In this document: piece after piece, positions 38,922 to 49,191 of the stretch
Layout: every line of letters starts with the position of its first letter
Position numbering within the stretch: position 1 is the stretch's first letter
From: Candidatus Spongiisociaceae bacterium
Lineage (GTDB): Bacteria > Actinomycetota > Acidimicrobiia > Spongiisociales > Spongiisociaceae
DNA length: 64,000 nt
Reading direction: 5' to 3'
Assembly: GCA_965202665.1 (NCBI GenBank)
Contig: OZ241841.1
Coordinates: 2,336,001 to 2,400,000, forward strand
Notes under the pieces: model-generated
The model's input: only the letters and a program-made list of their open reading frames with translations
The model's database searches: none
What the model was told of the DNA's origin: nothing
Translations under genes and position numbers: made by a program

Positions 38922-39485
38922 GTGAACGGTGAATTCCTATACAACCTGTATTTGATAGTCGGGCTGTTCGTAGCCCTGACCACGGTGGTCTGGCTGTTCA
39001 CCGCCGCCAACCGGCGAGCTATCCAGCAGGTCAAGGCCGACCTGGAGCGGGATATCCGCCGGGTGGACAAGAACGTCCGTCGGGTGGAGAAAGGCGTCCG
39101 TCGGGACATCCGCCGGGTGGACAAGCGGCTGTCGCGGGAGATCCGGAAGACGAATCGGGAGGCTCGGGAGACGAATAAGTCGGTGTGGCGGTTGCGGGTG
39201 GATATGCAGGTGGTCAAGGATCGCTTGAACATAGGGGAGGATTCCCGCCCGGTCGATTCCGCTCCGGTTGAGGCTGGTCCCGAGGCGGAGTTGTCCGTAT
39301 CGTCTGATTCGGCTGCGACTGGCCCGGCGCCTGGGTCGCCTGAGTCGGGTTCGGGTGTTTCCGTTCCGGTTGCGGATGACGCTGTGTCGAGGCCTGTCGG
39401 TTCGCGGGCGGCTGCGCACCGGCAGGGCGGGGCCGGGGCGGTTCCGTCTGGGATCACCGCCCCTCTCCCGGCTGCTGAAAAGTAA
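38922..39485 (+). CDS. TM-anchored coiled-coil repeat protein 1
   Basis: TATACT -10, AAGGAG RBS, GTG start; MNGEFLYNLY...DIRRVDK repeats...AAEK. Confidence 0.75.
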   Translation: MNGEFLYNLYLIVGLFVALTTVVWLFTAANRRAIQQVKADLERDIRRVDKNVRRVEKGVRRDIRRVDKRLSREIRKTNREARETNKSVWRLRVDMQVVKDRLNIGEDSRPVDSAPVEAGPEAELSVSSDSAATGPAPGSPESGSGVSVPVADDAVSRPVGSRAAAHRQGGAGAVPSGITAPLPAAEK

Positions 39486-39742
39486 TCCTGCCGAGTTCCG
39501 GGAAACCAGCGGGGGTGTTGCCGTCGGGAGGCGCGCATTGGCTGGCGATGAGGGGGCGTCGATCGGGGCGGGGTCCCCGTCATTCAGTCTGATTTTCCCA
39601 GGTGAGAGGGGTTTTTCGCTATTTTCGCATGATGTTTGTAGAAGGGGGTTGTTTTTTGTCATTGTTTTAGGTTATATTAGTAGGTAATGATACGGCGCGG
39701 GCGAAATCCCGTGTATACTGGCCGAGAGCAAAGGAGCATGCC

Positions 39743-40294
39743 GTGAACGGTGAATTCCTATACAACCTGTATTTGATAGTCGGGCTGTTCGTAGCCTTGA
39801 CCACGGTCATAGGGGTGGTCGCCATCGTCGGCTGGCGCGCTTTCCAGCGGCTGGAGGGTGACATCCGCCGGGTGGAGAAGGGCGTCCGTCGGGTGGAGAA
39901 GGGCGTCCGTCGGGACATCCGCCGGGTGGACAAGAACGTTCGTCGGGTGGACAAGCGGCTGTCGCGGGAGATCCGGGAGACGAATAAGTCGGTATGGCGG
40001 TTGCGGGTGGATATGCAGGTGGTCAAGGATCGCTTGAACATAGGGGAGGATTCCCGCCCGGTCGCTTCCGCTCCGGTTGAGGCCGATCCCGAGGCGGGTT
40101 CGTCCGCATCGTCTGATTCGGTTGCGGTTGGTCCGGCGCCTGGGTCGTCTGAGTCGGGTTCGGGTGTTTCCGTTCCGGTTGCGGATGACGCTGTGTCGAG
40201 GCCTGTCGGTTCGCGGGCGGCTGCGCATCGGCAGGGCGGGGCCGGGGCGGTTCCGTCTGGAATCACCGCCCCCCTCCCGGCGGCTGAAAAGTAG
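39743..40294 (+). CDS. TM-anchored coiled-coil repeat protein 2
   Basis: Paralog of 38922-39485. Confidence 0.75.
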   Translation: MNGEFLYNLYLIVGLFVALTTVIGVVAIVGWRAFQRLEGDIRRVEKGVRRVEKGVRRDIRRVDKNVRRVDKRLSREIRETNKSVWRLRVDMQVVKDRLNIGEDSRPVASAPVEADPEAGSSASSDSVAVGPAPGSSESGSGVSVPVADDAVSRPVGSRAAAHRQGGAGAVPSGITAPLPAAEK

Positions 40295-40353
40295 TCTCGC
40301 CGTGTTCTGCCTTGCTTCGGCCCCTTCTCAGACTGGGGGCAAAGGAGCATGCC

Positions 40354-40740
40354 GTGAACGGTGAATTCCTATACAACCTGTATTTGGTAGGCGGGCTGTT
40401 CGTCGCCATGACCACGGTCATAGGGCTGGTCGCCACCGTCGGTTGGCGAGCTATCCAGGGGCTGGCGGCCGACATCAAGGAGACCAAGGACGATGTCAAG
40501 GAGGTCAAGGCTGACCTCAAGAAGACCAAGGACGACCTGGAGCGGGACATCCGCCGGGTGGACGAGAACGTCCGTCGCCTCCGCCGCGCACGCCTCCGCC
40601 GCGCAAGTACGGCGCATCTTCACCACCGGTTGCGCCGAGTTGGAAATCTCCGTTGCCGAAACCGGCCAATCGGCGACCGCGCGGGCGGTATGAACCCGGC
40701 ATGCGGCCCACCCGCTCCAACCCCCGGTTGCGGACCATAG
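40354..40740 (+). pseudogene. TM-anchored coiled-coil paralog 3, 5' half interrupted by an insertion near 40580
   Basis: Family similarity stops after DIRRVDENVRR; matching 3' half resumes near 42205. Confidence 0.6.
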
Positions 40741-40828
40741 CCCGGAGCCGCCGTCCAAATGAGCGACATAGGGGCAACGTTAACCGATCGACGGCCAATA
40801 TGGACGGGTTTGCCCCCCGGGCGTTAAT

Positions 40829-41446
40829 ATGGGGGGCGCGACGCGGAGACGAGGTGGTAACGTTGGAGAGCGGACGAAAGGAGGCGAACTGGCCGGCGGG
40901 GATTCCCGGGTTCGCCTGGAGATGGGGAGCGTCCCCGGCAGTCGCAACCCGCCCCTCTCCCCGCAGCCGACCGAAGGCGTAGCGGTTGCGTTGGATGGGG
41001 ACAGCTTCGACCGGGCCTCCTACATTGCGGGGTTCGCTGCGACCGACGAGGCTCGGCCCGTGCTTATGCAGGTGGAGATATTCCAGGAGATGGGCGTGGT
41101 GCGGCTGGCCGCCACCGACTCCTATCGGCTGGGAGTCCACCGGGTGGAGCGCATCTCCCCGCCCGGCAAATTCCGGGCCTGGATGCCCGCCGTGCTGATC
41201 AAGGCGGCGGCCAAGTTGGACGGGGATGAAGTGAAAGTGGAGATAGACGGGGAACGGGCGGTGGTAACCCGCGGCCCGGCCCGGCTGTGGGCGGGGCATC
41301 TCCACCGGGCGGACAGCGACTTCCCCTACGTCAACTGGCGCGGTTTTATGAAGAAACGCCCGGCCCGGGTCGGCGCGGTTCTCAAAAACCCCCGGGAGAC
41401 GGCGGAGCGGATTCGCAGCCCGTTTAGGTTATCCCAGCGTTCGTAG
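40829..41446 (+). pseudogene. DNA polymerase III beta-clamp (DnaN)-like fragment
   Basis: FAATDEARPVL...VRLAATDSYRL...FP resembles the DnaN middle domain; too short for a full clamp. Confidence 0.6.
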
Positions 41447-41580
41447 TTCAAGCGTTTAACATACCAAATATGCTGTTCTTATCTTACGGGCAGGTTTACG
41501 CCGGGGAATCCCGCGAAGACCCTCAGGCGCGTCCCGTCTCCGTTCCCGGCCTGGGAGATGGACGACTGAAAGAGAAAAAA

Positions 41581-42024
41581 ATGTCGACCCGCGACCCGGG
41601 CGGCTACTGGTGGAACAAAAACTCCGAGGACGGCTGCCGTCTTTACGTGGGCGGCGGGCACCGCCAAGACGGACTGTTCCTGCTCAGCGACGGCTGGCTG
41701 TTCTCCCTCCAAGACCCCAGCGAGGACGGAACGGAAGCCGTTTTGGAAAGACTGACCCTCTCCGCAACCCCCCCGCTGTCACCGTCCGACAGCCTGCAGG
41801 GAGCGTTTACAGATCCGGAGGGGAAAGAGGTGGCGGTGTCCTGGTCGAGGGCTATGGGAACCGGAAGGAGAGGCAAATTGAAGCGGGGTCACGCCCCCTC
41901 TTCCGCCATCAAATCCTATCAGAGCCGCACCGCCGACATCTGGACCGGTGCGGAAACGAGGCGGCGGAGCGGGGGTATTCGGGGCCGTTCGGGGGGAGGA
42001 TTTTCTTTGACGGGAAAGAGGTGA
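41581..42024 (+). CDS. Hypothetical protein within the insertion
   Basis: ATG after a purine-rich stretch; no recognised motif. Confidence 0.35.
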   Translation: MSTRDPGGYWWNKNSEDGCRLYVGGGHRQDGLFLLSDGWLFSLQDPSEDGTEAVLERLTLSATPPLSPSDSLQGAFTDPEGKEVAVSWSRAMGTGRRGKLKRGHAPSSAIKSYQSRTADIWTGAETRRRSGGIRGRSGGGFSLTGKR

Positions 42025-42204
42025 CCGCCTCCGGCCCCGCCGCCGAGGGTTTGCCGGAACGCACCCGGAGGTTGTATACGGATAACCTCACTAATCACGA
42101 TCGGGCGGAGCGGAAGCATTGTTACGAGCTGTTGCGGGACGGGCGGGCTAAGCATCCGTGGCAACACGAGGAATCGTCCGAGCCGGGTTCGGGTGTTTCC
42201 GCAA

Positions 42205-42586
42205 CGACCTGGAGCGGGACATCCGCCGGGTGGGTAAGCGGCTGTCGCGGGAGATCCGGAAGACGAATAAGTCGGTGTGGTCGTCGCGGGTGGAAATGGT
42301 GGATATGCAGGCGGTCAAGGATCGATTGAACATAGGAACCGATTTCCGCCCGGTCGCTCCCGCTCCGGTTGAGGCCGATCCCGAGGCGGGTTCGTCCGCA
42401 TCGCCTGATTCGGTTGCGACTGGTCCGGCGCCTGGGTTGTCTGAGTCGGGTTCGGGTATTTCCGTTCCGGTTGCGGATGACGCTGTGTCGAGGCCTGTCG
42501 GTTCGCGGGCGGCTGCGCACCGGCAGGGTGGGGCCGGGGCGGTTCCGTTTGGGATCACCGCCCCCCTCCCGGCGGCTGAAAAGTAG
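42205..42586 (+). pseudogene. 3' half of a TM/coiled-coil paralog (no TM or start)
   Basis: DLERDIRRV...AAEK, near-identical to the array gene 3' ends. Confidence 0.6.
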
Positions 42587-42864
42587 TCCCTGCTGAGTTC
42601 CAGCGGGGGAGCGGCTAGCTAGCGGAGTGTAGAGGGTGTCGCCGCCCGCAGGCGCGCATTGGTCGGCGACGAGGGGGCGCCGATCGGGGCGGGGTGCCTG
42701 TCATTCAGTCTGATTTTCCCAGGTGAGAGGGGTTTTTCGCTATTTTTGCGTGAGATTTGTAGAAAGGGGGTTGTTTTTTGTCATTGTTTTAGGTTATATT
42801 AGTAGGTAATGATACGGCGCGGGCGAAATCCCGTGTATACTGGCCGAGAGCAAAGGAGCATGCC

Positions 42865-43395
42865 GTGAACGGTGAATTCCTATACAACCTGTATTTGATA
42901 GTCGGGCTGTTCGTAGCCTTGACCACGGTCATAGGGGTGGTCGCCATCGTCGGTTGGCGAGCTTTCCAGCGGCTGGAGAGTGACATCCGTCGGGTGGAGA
43001 AGGGTGTCCGTCGGGACATCCGTCGGGTGGACAAGCGGCTGTCGCGGGAGATCCGGAAGACGAATCGGCAGGTTCGGAAGACGAATGAGTCGGTGTGGTG
43101 GTTGTGGGCGGATATGCAGGTGGTCAAGGATCGCTTGAACATAGGAGCCGATTCCCGCCCGGTCGCTTCCGCTCCGGTTGCGTCCGATCCCGAGGCGGGT
43201 TCGTCCGCATCGTCCGATTCGGTTGTGACTGGTCCGGCGCCTGGGTCGTCCGAGTCGGGTTCGGGTGTTTCCGTTCCGGTTGCGGATGACACTGTGTCGA
43301 GGCCTGTCGGTTCGCGGGCGGCTGCGCATCGGCAGGGCGGGGCCGGGGCGGTTCCGTCTGGAATCGTCGCCCCCCTCCCGGCGGCTGAAAAGTAA
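42865..43395 (+). CDS. TM-anchored coiled-coil repeat protein 4
   Basis: Paralog with the full leader. Confidence 0.75.
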   Translation: MNGEFLYNLYLIVGLFVALTTVIGVVAIVGWRAFQRLESDIRRVEKGVRRDIRRVDKRLSREIRKTNRQVRKTNESVWWLWADMQVVKDRLNIGADSRPVASAPVASDPEAGSSASSDSVVTGPAPGSSESGSGVSVPVADDTVSRPVGSRAAAHRQGGAGAVPSGIVAPLPAAEK

Positions 43396-43455
43396 TCGGG
43401 CCGTGTTCCGACTCGCCTCGCCCTCTTCTTGGATTGGGGAGCAAGGAGCGATGTC

Positions 43456-43839
43456 TTGAGGGGTGATTTCCTACAAAACCTGTATCTGATGATTGGGCTG
43501 TTCGTCGCCTTGACCACGGTCATCTGGCTGTTCGCCGTAGCCGAGCGGCGCGCTATCCGGCGGTTGGCGGACGACGTCAAGGGTTTGAAAGCCGTCGTTA
43601 AGGATTTAGATGGTGGCCTGAAACGGGAAATCCGCCGGCTGGGGAAGAGCGTCCGTCGGATGGACGAGGGGTTGTCAGGGGAGTTCCGGGGGCTGTTGCG
43701 GGAAGCTCGGAAAATGAGGAAGGGCGTGAAACATTTGCAGAAGGACATGCGGGAGGTCAAGGAGCTCTTGGGCATCGAAACCGAATCTTGCCCGAAACGG
43801 CCCCGTTCCGGCGCGGATGATCGCGGTCGGGGCCGATAG
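43456..43839 (+). CDS. TM-anchored coiled-coil repeat protein 5 (divergent)
   Basis: AAGGAG RBS, TTG start, GDFLQNLYLMIGLFVALTTV. Confidence 0.65.
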   Translation: MRGDFLQNLYLMIGLFVALTTVIWLFAVAERRAIRRLADDVKGLKAVVKDLDGGLKREIRRLGKSVRRMDEGLSGEFRGLLREARKMRKGVKHLQKDMREVKELLGIETESCPKRPRSGADDRGRGR

Positions 43840-43905
43840 TTCCCGATTGGGACGCTCGCCGGGGGACGGCCCCGGTCCGGCTAGGATGGGGGGCGGAGGT
43901 GATGG

Positions 43906-45138
43906 TTGGCTGGTAACCCGCATGTGATCGCGATGGTGTTGGCCGGGGGGGAGGGCAAACGCCTCTATCCGCTGACCCGCGACCGGGCCAAACCGGCCGT
44001 GCCGTTCGCCGGCAGCTACCGGATCATCGACTTCGTGCTGTCCAATCTGGTCAACGGCTTCTTCCGCCGCATCGCGGTGCTCACCCAGTACAAGAGCCAC
44101 AGCCTGGACCGCCACCTGGCCCAAACTTGGCGGCTGTCCCCCCTGCTCGGTTCCTATGTGGCGCCCAGTCCGGCCCAGATGCGGCGCGGCCCGCACTGGT
44201 ACGCCGGTTCGGCCGACGCCATCTACCAAAACATGAACCTGATCACCGACGAACGGCCCGACTACGTGCTGGTGTTCGGGGCCGATCACATCTACCGAAT
44301 GGACCCCCGCCAGATGCTGGACCACCATATGGAAACCGGGGCGACCGCCACCGTGGCCGCCATCCCCGTCCCCATAGCGGAGGCCTCCGCCTTCGGGGTG
44401 ATCGAATCCGACACCTCCAACCGAATTGTGCGATTCCACGAGAAGGTCCCCGATCCGCCTCCCATGCCCGGCGACCCTTCCCGGGCCTTCGCTTCCATGG
44501 GCAACTACATTTTCACCGCCGAGGCCCTAGTGGAGGCGGTCCACGCCGACGCCGCGCAATCTTCTTCCCGGCACGACATGGGGGGCGATGTCATTCCGGC
44601 CCTCACCGAAGAGGGGGGAGCCTACGTCTACGACTTCGCCCGCAACCAAGTGCCCGGCCAGCGCGGACCGGAACGGGGATATTGGCGGGACATCGGAACC
44701 ATCGACTCCTATTACGAGGCGTCGATGAATTTGACGGCGGTGGAGCCGGTGTTCAACTTCTACAACCGGCGCTGGCCGATTTTCACCTGGAATTTCCCCG
44801 ATCCGCCCGCCAAGTTCGTGCACGACGACGACCGGCGGCGGGGGCGGGCGGTGGATTCCATCGTGGCCAACGGCTGCATCGTGTCGGGGGGGACGGTGCG
44901 CCGCTCCATCCTTTCCCCCCGGGTGCGGGTCAACTCTTTTTCGGAGGTGTCCGATTCCATTCTGTTCAACGAGGTGACGGTGGGGCGGGGGGCGGTGGTG
45001 CGCCGGGCGGTGGTGGACAAGCAGGTGGACATCCCGGAAGGTTTTCAAATCGGGGTGGACCCGGCCGCCGACGCCGAACGTTTCACCGTCTCCCCGCAGG
45101 GGGTGGTGGTGATCGGCAAAGGGGACTCTTTGCGGTAA
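43906..45138 (+). CDS. glgC: Glucose-1-phosphate adenylyltransferase
   Basis: [36 protein letters not shown]. Confidence 0.97.
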   Translation: MAGNPHVIAMVLAGGEGKRLYPLTRDRAKPAVPFAGSYRIIDFVLSNLVNGFFRRIAVLTQYKSHSLDRHLAQTWRLSPLLGSYVAPSPAQMRRGPHWYAGSADAIYQNMNLITDERPDYVLVFGADHIYRMDPRQMLDHHMETGATATVAAIPVPIAEASAFGVIESDTSNRIVRFHEKVPDPPPMPGDPSRAFASMGNYIFTAEALVEAVHADAAQSSSRHDMGGDVIPALTEEGGAYVYDFARNQVPGQRGPERGYWRDIGTIDSYYEASMNLTAVEPVFNFYNRRWPIFTWNFPDPPAKFVHDDDRRRGRAVDSIVANGCIVSGGTVRRSILSPRVRVNSFSEVSDSILFNEVTVGRGAVVRRAVVDKQVDIPEGFQIGVDPAADAERFTVSPQGVVVIGKGDSLR

Positions 45139-45157
45139 CCCGGCTCCGCGGAGCCCA

Positions 45158-45790
45158 TCAGCGGCGGCGGGAGGCCAGCTCTTCCATCACCAGTTCCGGC
45201 TCCACCCCCCGTTCGGCCAGCAAAACCAGCAGGTGGTAGAGCACATCGGCCGCTTCTTCCGCCAACCGCCCCGCCCCGCCCCGCCCCGCCTCCAGGTCCA
45301 GCGCCGCTTCCGCCGCCTCCGCCGCTTCTTCAATGATTTTCCGGCTGACGGCGGCCGCCCCGCCGGAGGCCAGCCGGGCCGTGTAGGAGCCTTCCCCCCC
45401 GGAGGCCAGCCGTTCCCCGATGGTCCGCCACAGGGGCTCCAGGTCGTGGAAACCCTGCGGGCGCCGGTCGGTGAAACAGGTGCGGCGCCCGGTGTGGCAG
45501 ACCGGTCCGGCGGGAAGGGCCGACGCCAACAGGACGTCCCCGTCGCAGTCGGCGGCCAAGCCGGTGAGGCGCAGCACGTTGCCGCTGGTTTCCCCTTTTT
45601 GCCACAGGACGCGCCGGGAGCGGGACCAGAAATGCACCAGCCCGGAGGCGCGGGTGGCCGCCAGGGCCTCGGCGTTCATCCAGGCGCACATTAAAACTTC
45701 CCCGGTGCGGGCGTGTTGCACCACGGCCAAAACCAGCCCGTCGTCGTTCCACGCCACCTCCGGCTCGGGCGCCGCGTCGATTTCAGCCAT
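45158..45790 (-). CDS. hisIE: Bifunctional phosphoribosyl-AMP cyclohydrolase / phosphoribosyl-ATP pyrophosphatase
   Basis: WSRSR..LWQKGETSGN, DCDGD, CHTG..TCF, SYTARL, EAADVLYH. Confidence 0.93.
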   Translation of the reverse strand: MAEIDAAPEPEVAWNDDGLVLAVVQHARTGEVLMCAWMNAEALAATRASGLVHFWSRSRRVLWQKGETSGNVLRLTGLAADCDGDVLLASALPAGPVCHTGRRTCFTDRRPQGFHDLEPLWRTIGERLASGGEGSYTARLASGGAAAVSRKIIEEAAEAAEAALDLEAGRGGAGRLAEEAADVLYHLLVLLAERGVEPELVMEELASRRR

Positions 45791-46592
45791 GGCGGTCGGA
45801 CTGGGCGAAGTCGAACACATCGGGGTGGACGTCCAAGCGGGTGGGGATTCCGGCGGCGGCCATGGCCCGTTTGACGGCGTCGATGGACACCTGCCCGCGA
45901 TGGAATATCCCGGCGGCCAGCGCCGCCGACGCCCCGGCTTCCAGCACCGCCTCCGCAAAATGGGCCGGTTCGCCCGCCCCGCCGGAGGCGATCACCGGCA
46001 CGTCCACCGCTTCGGCGACGGCCGCCGTCAGGGGAATGTCGAAGCCGATGTTGGTCCCGTCCCGGTCCATGGAGGTGAGCAGGATTTCCCCCGCCCCCCG
46101 CCGGACGCCCTCCGCCGCCCACTGCAGCGCGTCCCGCCCGGTATCGTCCCGCCCGCCGGTGATGAAAACGTTCCAGCCGCCGTCCCCCCTCGCTTTGCCG
46201 TCGATGGCCAGCACCACGCACTGCGAACCGAAAGCGGCCGCGCATTCATCGATCAGGCCGGGGCGGAGCACGGCGGCCGTGTTCAAAGACACCTTGTCGG
46301 CCCCGGCCCGCAACGCGGCCCGCATGTCCTCCGGGCTGCGCACCCCTCCCCCCACCGTCAGCGGCACGAACACGTTCCCGGCGGTGCGGCGCACCGCGTC
46401 CAACAGGGCCCCCCGCCCCTGCGGGGAGGCGGCGATGTCCAAATACACGATTTCGTCGATGCCCCCGGAGGCGTAGCGGGCGGCCAGCTCCACCGGGTCG
46501 CCTTCGTCGGTCAAGTCGACGAAGTTGACCCCTTTCACCACCCGCCCTTCCCGCACGTCCAGACAGGCTATGACCCGGGTGCGCAAAGTCAT
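45783..46592 (-). CDS. hisF: Imidazole glycerol phosphate synthase cyclase subunit
   Basis: RVIACLDV..GRVVKGVNF, GAGEILLTSMDRDGT. Confidence 0.96.
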   Translation of the reverse strand: MTLRTRVIACLDVREGRVVKGVNFVDLTDEGDPVELAARYASGGIDEIVYLDIAASPQGRGALLDAVRRTAGNVFVPLTVGGGVRSPEDMRAALRAGADKVSLNTAAVLRPGLIDECAAAFGSQCVVLAIDGKARGDGGWNVFITGGRDDTGRDALQWAAEGVRRGAGEILLTSMDRDGTNIGFDIPLTAAVAEAVDVPVIASGGAGEPAHFAEAVLEAGASAALAAGIFHRGQVSIDAVKRAMAAAGIPTRLDVHPDVFDFAQSDRHG

Positions 46593-47215
46593 CGTCCGCG
46601 CCCCCCGCCCGCTTCGGCGACGAAGTTGGACAGCAGGCGCAGGCCCGGCCCGCCGCTGCGCTCCGGATGAAACTGCACGCCCACCCGCCGTCCCCGGCGC
46701 ACCGCGGCCGCAAACGGGCGGGGATATTCGGCCCAGGCGATGACCAGGGACGGATCCTCCGGAACCGGGGCGTAGCTGTGCACGAAGTAGAAGGCGGCGC
46801 CGGGGGGGATGCCCGCGAACAGCGGGTCGTCGCCGAACCGCATATCGTTCCAGCCGATGTGGGGGAGGAGCGGAGCCCCCCGCAATCGCCGCACCGTCCC
46901 CCGCTCCAAGTTGAGGCACTGCGAGCCGTCTTCTTCGCTGGAGGCGAAAAAGAGCTGCATGCCCACGCAGATGCCCAGCAACGGCCCCTCCCAGGCCCGC
47001 AACGGCTCCGCCAATCCGGCTTCCCGCAGGCGGCTCATGGTGGCCCCGGTGGTTCCCACCCCGGGCAGGACCAGGGCTTCCTTCCCGGCCAGGTCGCCGG
47101 GGCCGGAGACGACCGACACCGCCGCCCCGGCCCGTTCCAGCCCGCGTCCGATGGAAACCAGGTTGCCCGCCCCGTGGTCGATCAACCCGGCCCGCAGGCC
47201 CGTGCCGCCGGTCAC
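46589..47215 (-). CDS. hisH: Imidazole glycerol phosphate synthase glutaminase subunit
   Basis: LPGVG, GICVGMQ, PHIGWN, YFVHSY, QFHPERS. Confidence 0.96.
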   Translation of the reverse strand: MTGGTGLRAGLIDHGAGNLVSIGRGLERAGAAVSVVSGPGDLAGKEALVLPGVGTTGATMSRLREAGLAEPLRAWEGPLLGICVGMQLFFASSEEDGSQCLNLERGTVRRLRGAPLLPHIGWNDMRFGDDPLFAGIPPGAAFYFVHSYAPVPEDPSLVIAWAEYPRPFAAAVRRGRRVGVQFHPERSGGPGLRLLSNFVAEAGGGRGR

Positions 47216-47811
47216 AGGGACCCTTTGGCGGAGGCCAGCCCCCGGCGCCGTTCGTCCCAGGCCACCGCGGCCCGCATGGCCCGGGCCAGGGCTTTGAAAG
47301 CCGCCTCGGCAACGTGGTGGTCGTTGCGTCCGGAGGCCCGCAGGTGCAAGGTGGCGCCCGCGGTGCGGGTGAAAGCCTCCAAGGCGTGGGGGATGTTCTG
47401 CGCGGTCAGCGAGCCGATGCGGGGGTTGGCAAATTCCAGGTCGGCGACGCAGAAGGGGCGCCCCCCTACGTCCACCGCCGCCCGCGCCAGGGCCTCGTCC
47501 ATCGGCGCCGCCGCGTCCCCGAAGCGGGCGATTCCCGTCCGGTCGCCCAAAGCCTCCCCCGCGGCCGAACCGAGCACCAGGGCGACGTCCTCCACCGTGT
47601 GGTGGTCGTCCACCTCCAGGTCGCCCGCCGCGGCGACCGTCAGGTCGAACAGGGCGTGGTGGGCGAAGGAGGCCAGCAGGTGGTCGTAGAAGCCGATCCC
47701 GGTGGACACTTCGGCCAGGCCGGAGCCGTCCAGGTTGATTTCCACTTCCACTTTGGTTTCCGCCGTTTCCCGCGCGCGACGGGCGGTGCGGGCCGGTTTT
47801 TGGTCAGTCAC
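47212..47811 (-). CDS. hisB: Imidazoleglycerol-phosphate dehydratase
   Basis: DDHHTVED, PMDEA, NDHHVAEA. Confidence 0.97.
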   Translation of the reverse strand: MTDQKPARTARRARETAETKVEVEINLDGSGLAEVSTGIGFYDHLLASFAHHALFDLTVAAAGDLEVDDHHTVEDVALVLGSAAGEALGDRTGIARFGDAAAPMDEALARAAVDVGGRPFCVADLEFANPRIGSLTAQNIPHALEAFTRTAGATLHLRASGRNDHHVAEAAFKALARAMRAAVAWDERRRGLASAKGSL

Positions 47812-49174
47812 TTTGGCCTCCTAGGTCGGATGAGTCGGATGAGTCGGATGGTTTTTCCAGTTGGTCGGTGAATCTGAGGGAGGAGGCCAGCCGGTGGGCG
47901 TCCAAACCTTCGGCGGCGGCCAGTTCCTCAATGACCGGGCGCAGGCCGCTCAAGCCTTCCCGGGTGAGGGTTTGCACCTGCCGCCACGACCCGAAGTCCT
48001 CCACTCCCAGCGGACTGCAGCACCGGGCCAGGCCGCCGGTGGGCAGCACGTGGTTGCCGCCGGTGGCGTAGTCGCCCGCCGACTCCGGCGACCAGCGCCC
48101 CACGTACACCGAACCGGCGTTGACGATGCGGGCCGCGTCTTCCTCCGGGCGGGCGGTCATCACCGTGGCGTGTTCGGGAGCGTAGCCGTTGGCGAACCCG
48201 ATGGCCTCTTCCAGGGAGCTGGCGATGAGCATTTCCCCATGTTCGGACAGGGCGGCTCGCAGAATGTCCCGCCGGGGGAGCGCGGCCAGCAGGTCGGCGA
48301 TTTCGGCTTCCACCCGGGCCGGGAGGCCGGGGTCGGTGGTCACTAAAACGGCCGGGGAGTCGGGGCCGTGTTCCGCCTGGCACAGCAGGTCGATGGCCGC
48401 CAGGCGGGGGGAGGCGGTTCGGTCGGCCAGCACCAGGGCTTCGCTCGGCCCGGCGGGGAGGTCGATGGCGCACCGCCCGGTCACTTCCAGTTTGGCGGCC
48501 GTCACCCAGGCGTTGCCCGGCCCCACTATTTTGTCCACCGCCGGGATGGTTTCGGTGCCGTACGCCAAAGCGGCCACCGCCTGGGCGCCGCCCATGGCGT
48601 ACAATTCGTCCACTTCCAGCAGGGCGGCCGCCGCCAGCATCGTCGGGTCCATTTCCCCGTCCGCGCCGCAGGGGGAGGCGACCGCTATTTCCCCCACCCC
48701 GGCAACCAAGGCGGGGACGACGGTCATCACCAGGGTGGACGGGTAGGCGGCTTTGCCCCCGGGGACGTAGGCCCCCGCCCGCCGCAACGGGGCCCAGCGG
48801 CGCTCGATGCGCACCCCCGGCTGCGCCTCGGAAACGGCATCGGCCGGAATCTGGGCGGAGTGGTGGGCCCGCACCGCCTCCACGGCCCGTTCCAGGGCGG
48901 TCCGCACCGCCGGGGACAGGCCTCCCAAGGCGGCGGCTTTTTCATCCTGCGGGACCAGCGGGTCGGGCCGTCCGCCCCCGTAGCGGGCTCCGGCCCGGCG
49001 CAGGGCCCGGTCGCCTTCCATTTCCACCATGCGGCAGATTTCCGAGGCGCGGTCCCGCACCCGCCGGTCGGGGACGGCGGAGCGGCGCAACAGCCGGGCC
49101 CGGCGCCCGGGGGGGAGGTCGGCCAGGACGGCGGTGCGCAACAGCGGGCGGGAGCCGGTTAGGGGTTTTGTCAT
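47804..49174 (-). CDS. hisD: Histidinol dehydrogenase
   Basis: YVPGGKAAYPST, GPGNAWV, AGPSE, QAEH, GDYATGGNHVLPT. Confidence 0.97.
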   Translation of the reverse strand: MTKPLTGSRPLLRTAVLADLPPGRRARLLRRSAVPDRRVRDRASEICRMVEMEGDRALRRAGARYGGGRPDPLVPQDEKAAALGGLSPAVRTALERAVEAVRAHHSAQIPADAVSEAQPGVRIERRWAPLRRAGAYVPGGKAAYPSTLVMTVVPALVAGVGEIAVASPCGADGEMDPTMLAAAALLEVDELYAMGGAQAVAALAYGTETIPAVDKIVGPGNAWVTAAKLEVTGRCAIDLPAGPSEALVLADRTASPRLAAIDLLCQAEHGPDSPAVLVTTDPGLPARVEAEIADLLAALPRRDILRAALSEHGEMLIASSLEEAIGFANGYAPEHATVMTARPEEDAARIVNAGSVYVGRWSPESAGDYATGGNHVLPTGGLARCCSPLGVEDFGSWRQVQTLTREGLSGLRPVIEELAAAEGLDAHRLASSLRFTDQLEKPSDSSDSSDLGGQSD

Positions 49175-49191
49175 AATGTCACTCCCCGGCG

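Larger units (their letters stand above)
38660..43839 (+). repeat. Tandem array of promoter + TM/coiled-coil gene units
   Basis: ~250-bp leader repeated before 38922, 39743 and 42865; near-identical gene bodies that differ in the number of 21-nt heptad units. Confidence 0.9.

Noticed and set aside
38660-43839. CRISPR array or DGR explanation for the repeats
   Set aside because: Repeats are gene-sized and coding with no unique spacers. No cas or reverse transcriptase gene is present, and differences are not adenine-specific.
47826-47851. 9-bp repeat TCGGATGAG at the hisD 3' end
   Set aside because: Short in-frame low-complexity tail (SDSSDSSD) with no evident function.
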